This document shows positions 62,196 to 64,000 of a stretch of 64,000 nt of DNA, piece by piece (within the stretch, counting starts at the first letter, position 1; each line of letters opens with the position of its first letter). The DNA comes from Octopus sinensis. Its lineage: Eukaryota. The DNA lies in the NCBI RefSeq assembly GCF_006345805.1, contig NC_043011.1:11594001-11658000 (forward strand). The letters are read 5' to 3'. The position numbers were made by a program, and so were the translations under genes. The notes under the pieces were generated by a model. That model was not told the origin of the DNA, did not search any database, and saw only the letters and a program-made list of their open reading frames with translations.

Positions 62196-62506
62196 TTTTT
62201 TTGTTGTTTGTTCCTTCTCGAGCCATGCCTGGCTCATAAGGGCTGGTTTCCCGGTTTCATGGCATATAGGTTCTCCACCTGGACAGTACGCCGGTCCGTC
62301 GCAGGTGAGCTGCAAGATGCAGGAGGAAAGAGTGAGAAAAAGTTGTGGCGAAAGAGTCAGCAGAAGTTCGCCATTATCTTCTGCCAGAGCTGCGTGGGGC
62401 TTAGGTGTTTTGCTCATAAACACACTCATCGTCCGGTCTGAGATTCGAACCGGCGATCCCTCGACCACGAGCCCGCTGCTCTAACCACTAGGCCATGAGC
62501 CTCCAC
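62196..62506 (-). mobile_element. tRNA-derived SINE with V-domain-like segment, 12-bp TSD
   Basis: TSD tatcagttaagt (62184-62195, 62507-62518); head ggcctagtggttagagc..ggttcgaatctc; cctgcgacggaccggcgtactgtccaggtg. Confidence 0.8.
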
Positions 62507-63009
62507 TATCAGTTAAGTACTGTTTTCCACCTCCCTGAGATTTGGTTCTTTTGTACTTTGTGTTAGAAACTTTACTGATATTCTATCTAGGTATAAATTT
62601 CTTCATGTTTAAGCATCAAAATTTGTTCTTTGATGCAATAATAATGATAGATGAAGTTCATAGTATAATATTGAGCCTTTTTTCTTTAATCTTGTGTATA
62701 ATTTCAGATACGACATTTCAACATGAATGACAAAAAAATGAATTCATATGAATGCATATACAATATTGTAATTATTTTGTCCAATATCAATTTACTGCTC
62801 TGAAACGTTTTGTTCTGGTGGATATTTCTCTTGGCATCATTAATATCAATCATCCATGCTATTTTACATTGATCCATTCATTTCAATACCACATCACATT
62901 CACATAATTCAATGGGAAAACAACAACCAATCTGATTTTCTTCATAAATTCTGCTGTATGGTCATTGTCCCTAATTTCCCAATGAATTCTCCTTAAAATT
63001 TGAAATATA

Positions 63010-63150
63010 CTCCTTACTCTTTTACTTGTTTCAGTCATTTGACTGCGGCCATGCTGGAGCACCACCTTTAGTCGAGCAACTCGACCCTGGGACTTATTCT
63101 TTGTAAGCTCAGTACTTATTCTATCGGTCTCTTTTGCCGAACCGCTAAGT
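63010..63150 (-). mobile_element. SINE C 3' part
   Basis: Family C consensus. Confidence 0.8.
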
Positions 63151-63560
63151 GAATATTTTTGCTGAACTGCATGTGAATATATCATCATCATCATCATCAT
63201 GCCTGGCATCAGTTAAATAGTTTGACCAGAGTTGATAAGCCAGAGAGCTGCAATAGGCTCTGACCATCTGTTTTGGCTTGGTTGTCCTTCCTAATGCCAG
63301 CTACTTTACAGAGTGTACTGGTGGTCTTTTATGTGCCACCAACACAGGTACCTTTTGTGTCTCTGGCACTGGCTGTAATTTCACTTAGCTTGACAGGTTT
63401 TCTCAAGCACAACAAATCACCAAAAGTCTCAGTCACTTGTGATGCTCAACGACTGTAGATCATATTTCACCACCTCCTCCTATGTCTTTCTGGGTCTACT
63501 CCTACCATAGGTACCCCACCAGCATAGTCTTCTCTCTTGCACACTATATCTATGCCTTTT

Positions 63561-63885
63561 CATCATCATCATCATCATCATCATTGTTTAACGTCCGCTT
63601 TCCATGCTAGCATGGGTTGGACGGTTCAACTGGGGTCTGGGAAGCCCGAAGGCTGCACCAGGCCAGTCAGATCTGGCAGTGTTTCTACAGCTGGATGCCC
63701 TTCCTAACGCCAACCACTCCGTGAGTGTAGTGGGTGCTTTTTATGTGCCACCAACACAGGTGCCAGATGAGGCTGGCGAATGGCCACACTCGGATGGTGT
63801 TTTTTACATGCCACCGGCACGGAGGCCAGGCGAGTCTGGCACGGCCACGATTGGATGGTGTTTGATCCTGGCACGGCCACGATCG
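63561..63885 (-). mobile_element. RTE family A 3' end
   Basis: (CAT)n plus consensus and tandem units. Confidence 0.85.
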
Positions 63886-64000
63886 GCCTTTTATACTCAA
63901 TTTTCCCCTTAAAACAAACTCTGTCGTACATGCACACTGATATTGCACATCCAGTGGAGCATGCTGGTTTCAAGCCTTTGCATGTCCTCTGTAGTCACAG

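Noticed and set aside
62708-62730. Acceptor-like site as CNNM exon 4
   Set aside because: The required phase hits TGA after seven codons and shows no CNBH-domain similarity; exon 4 was not found in the window.

Overview
AT-rich, microsatellite- and transposon-dense animal genomic DNA. The SINE/LINE families and (TA)n/(TAA)n/(CAT)n density look like an octopus (cephalopod) genome; this is inference. One host gene is firmly supported: a CNNM (cyclin M/ACDP) Mg2+/metal transporter on the + strand. Exon 1 CDS is 23025-24363, exon 2 is 51924-52067 and exon 3 is 56466-56597; intron 1 is 27.5 kb and further exons lie beyond the window or were not found. A CpG-richer, possibly bidirectional promoter precedes it. 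Nearly everything else is mobile DNA: a full-length but disabled Tx1/L1-type LINE with a 16-bp TSD inside a MITE; RTE, CR1-group, R4/Dong and Penelope-like (PLE) retroelements; tRNA-derived SINEs; Helitrons; and Tc1, Chapaev-like, hAT, piggyBac-like and TTAGGG-bearing 8-bp-TSD MITEs. The most interesting hidden signal is a set of type-I hammerhead ribozyme motifs from several PLE-like families, including 3-8 core variants. Chief among them is an intact-looking pair in a 230-bp inverted repeat (no mismatch seen) in CNNM intron 1; one copy is on the pre-mRNA strand 2.4 kb upstream of exon 2. No CRISPR, rRNA or bona fide tRNA genes were seen. All calls were made by eye; nothing was computed or searched.
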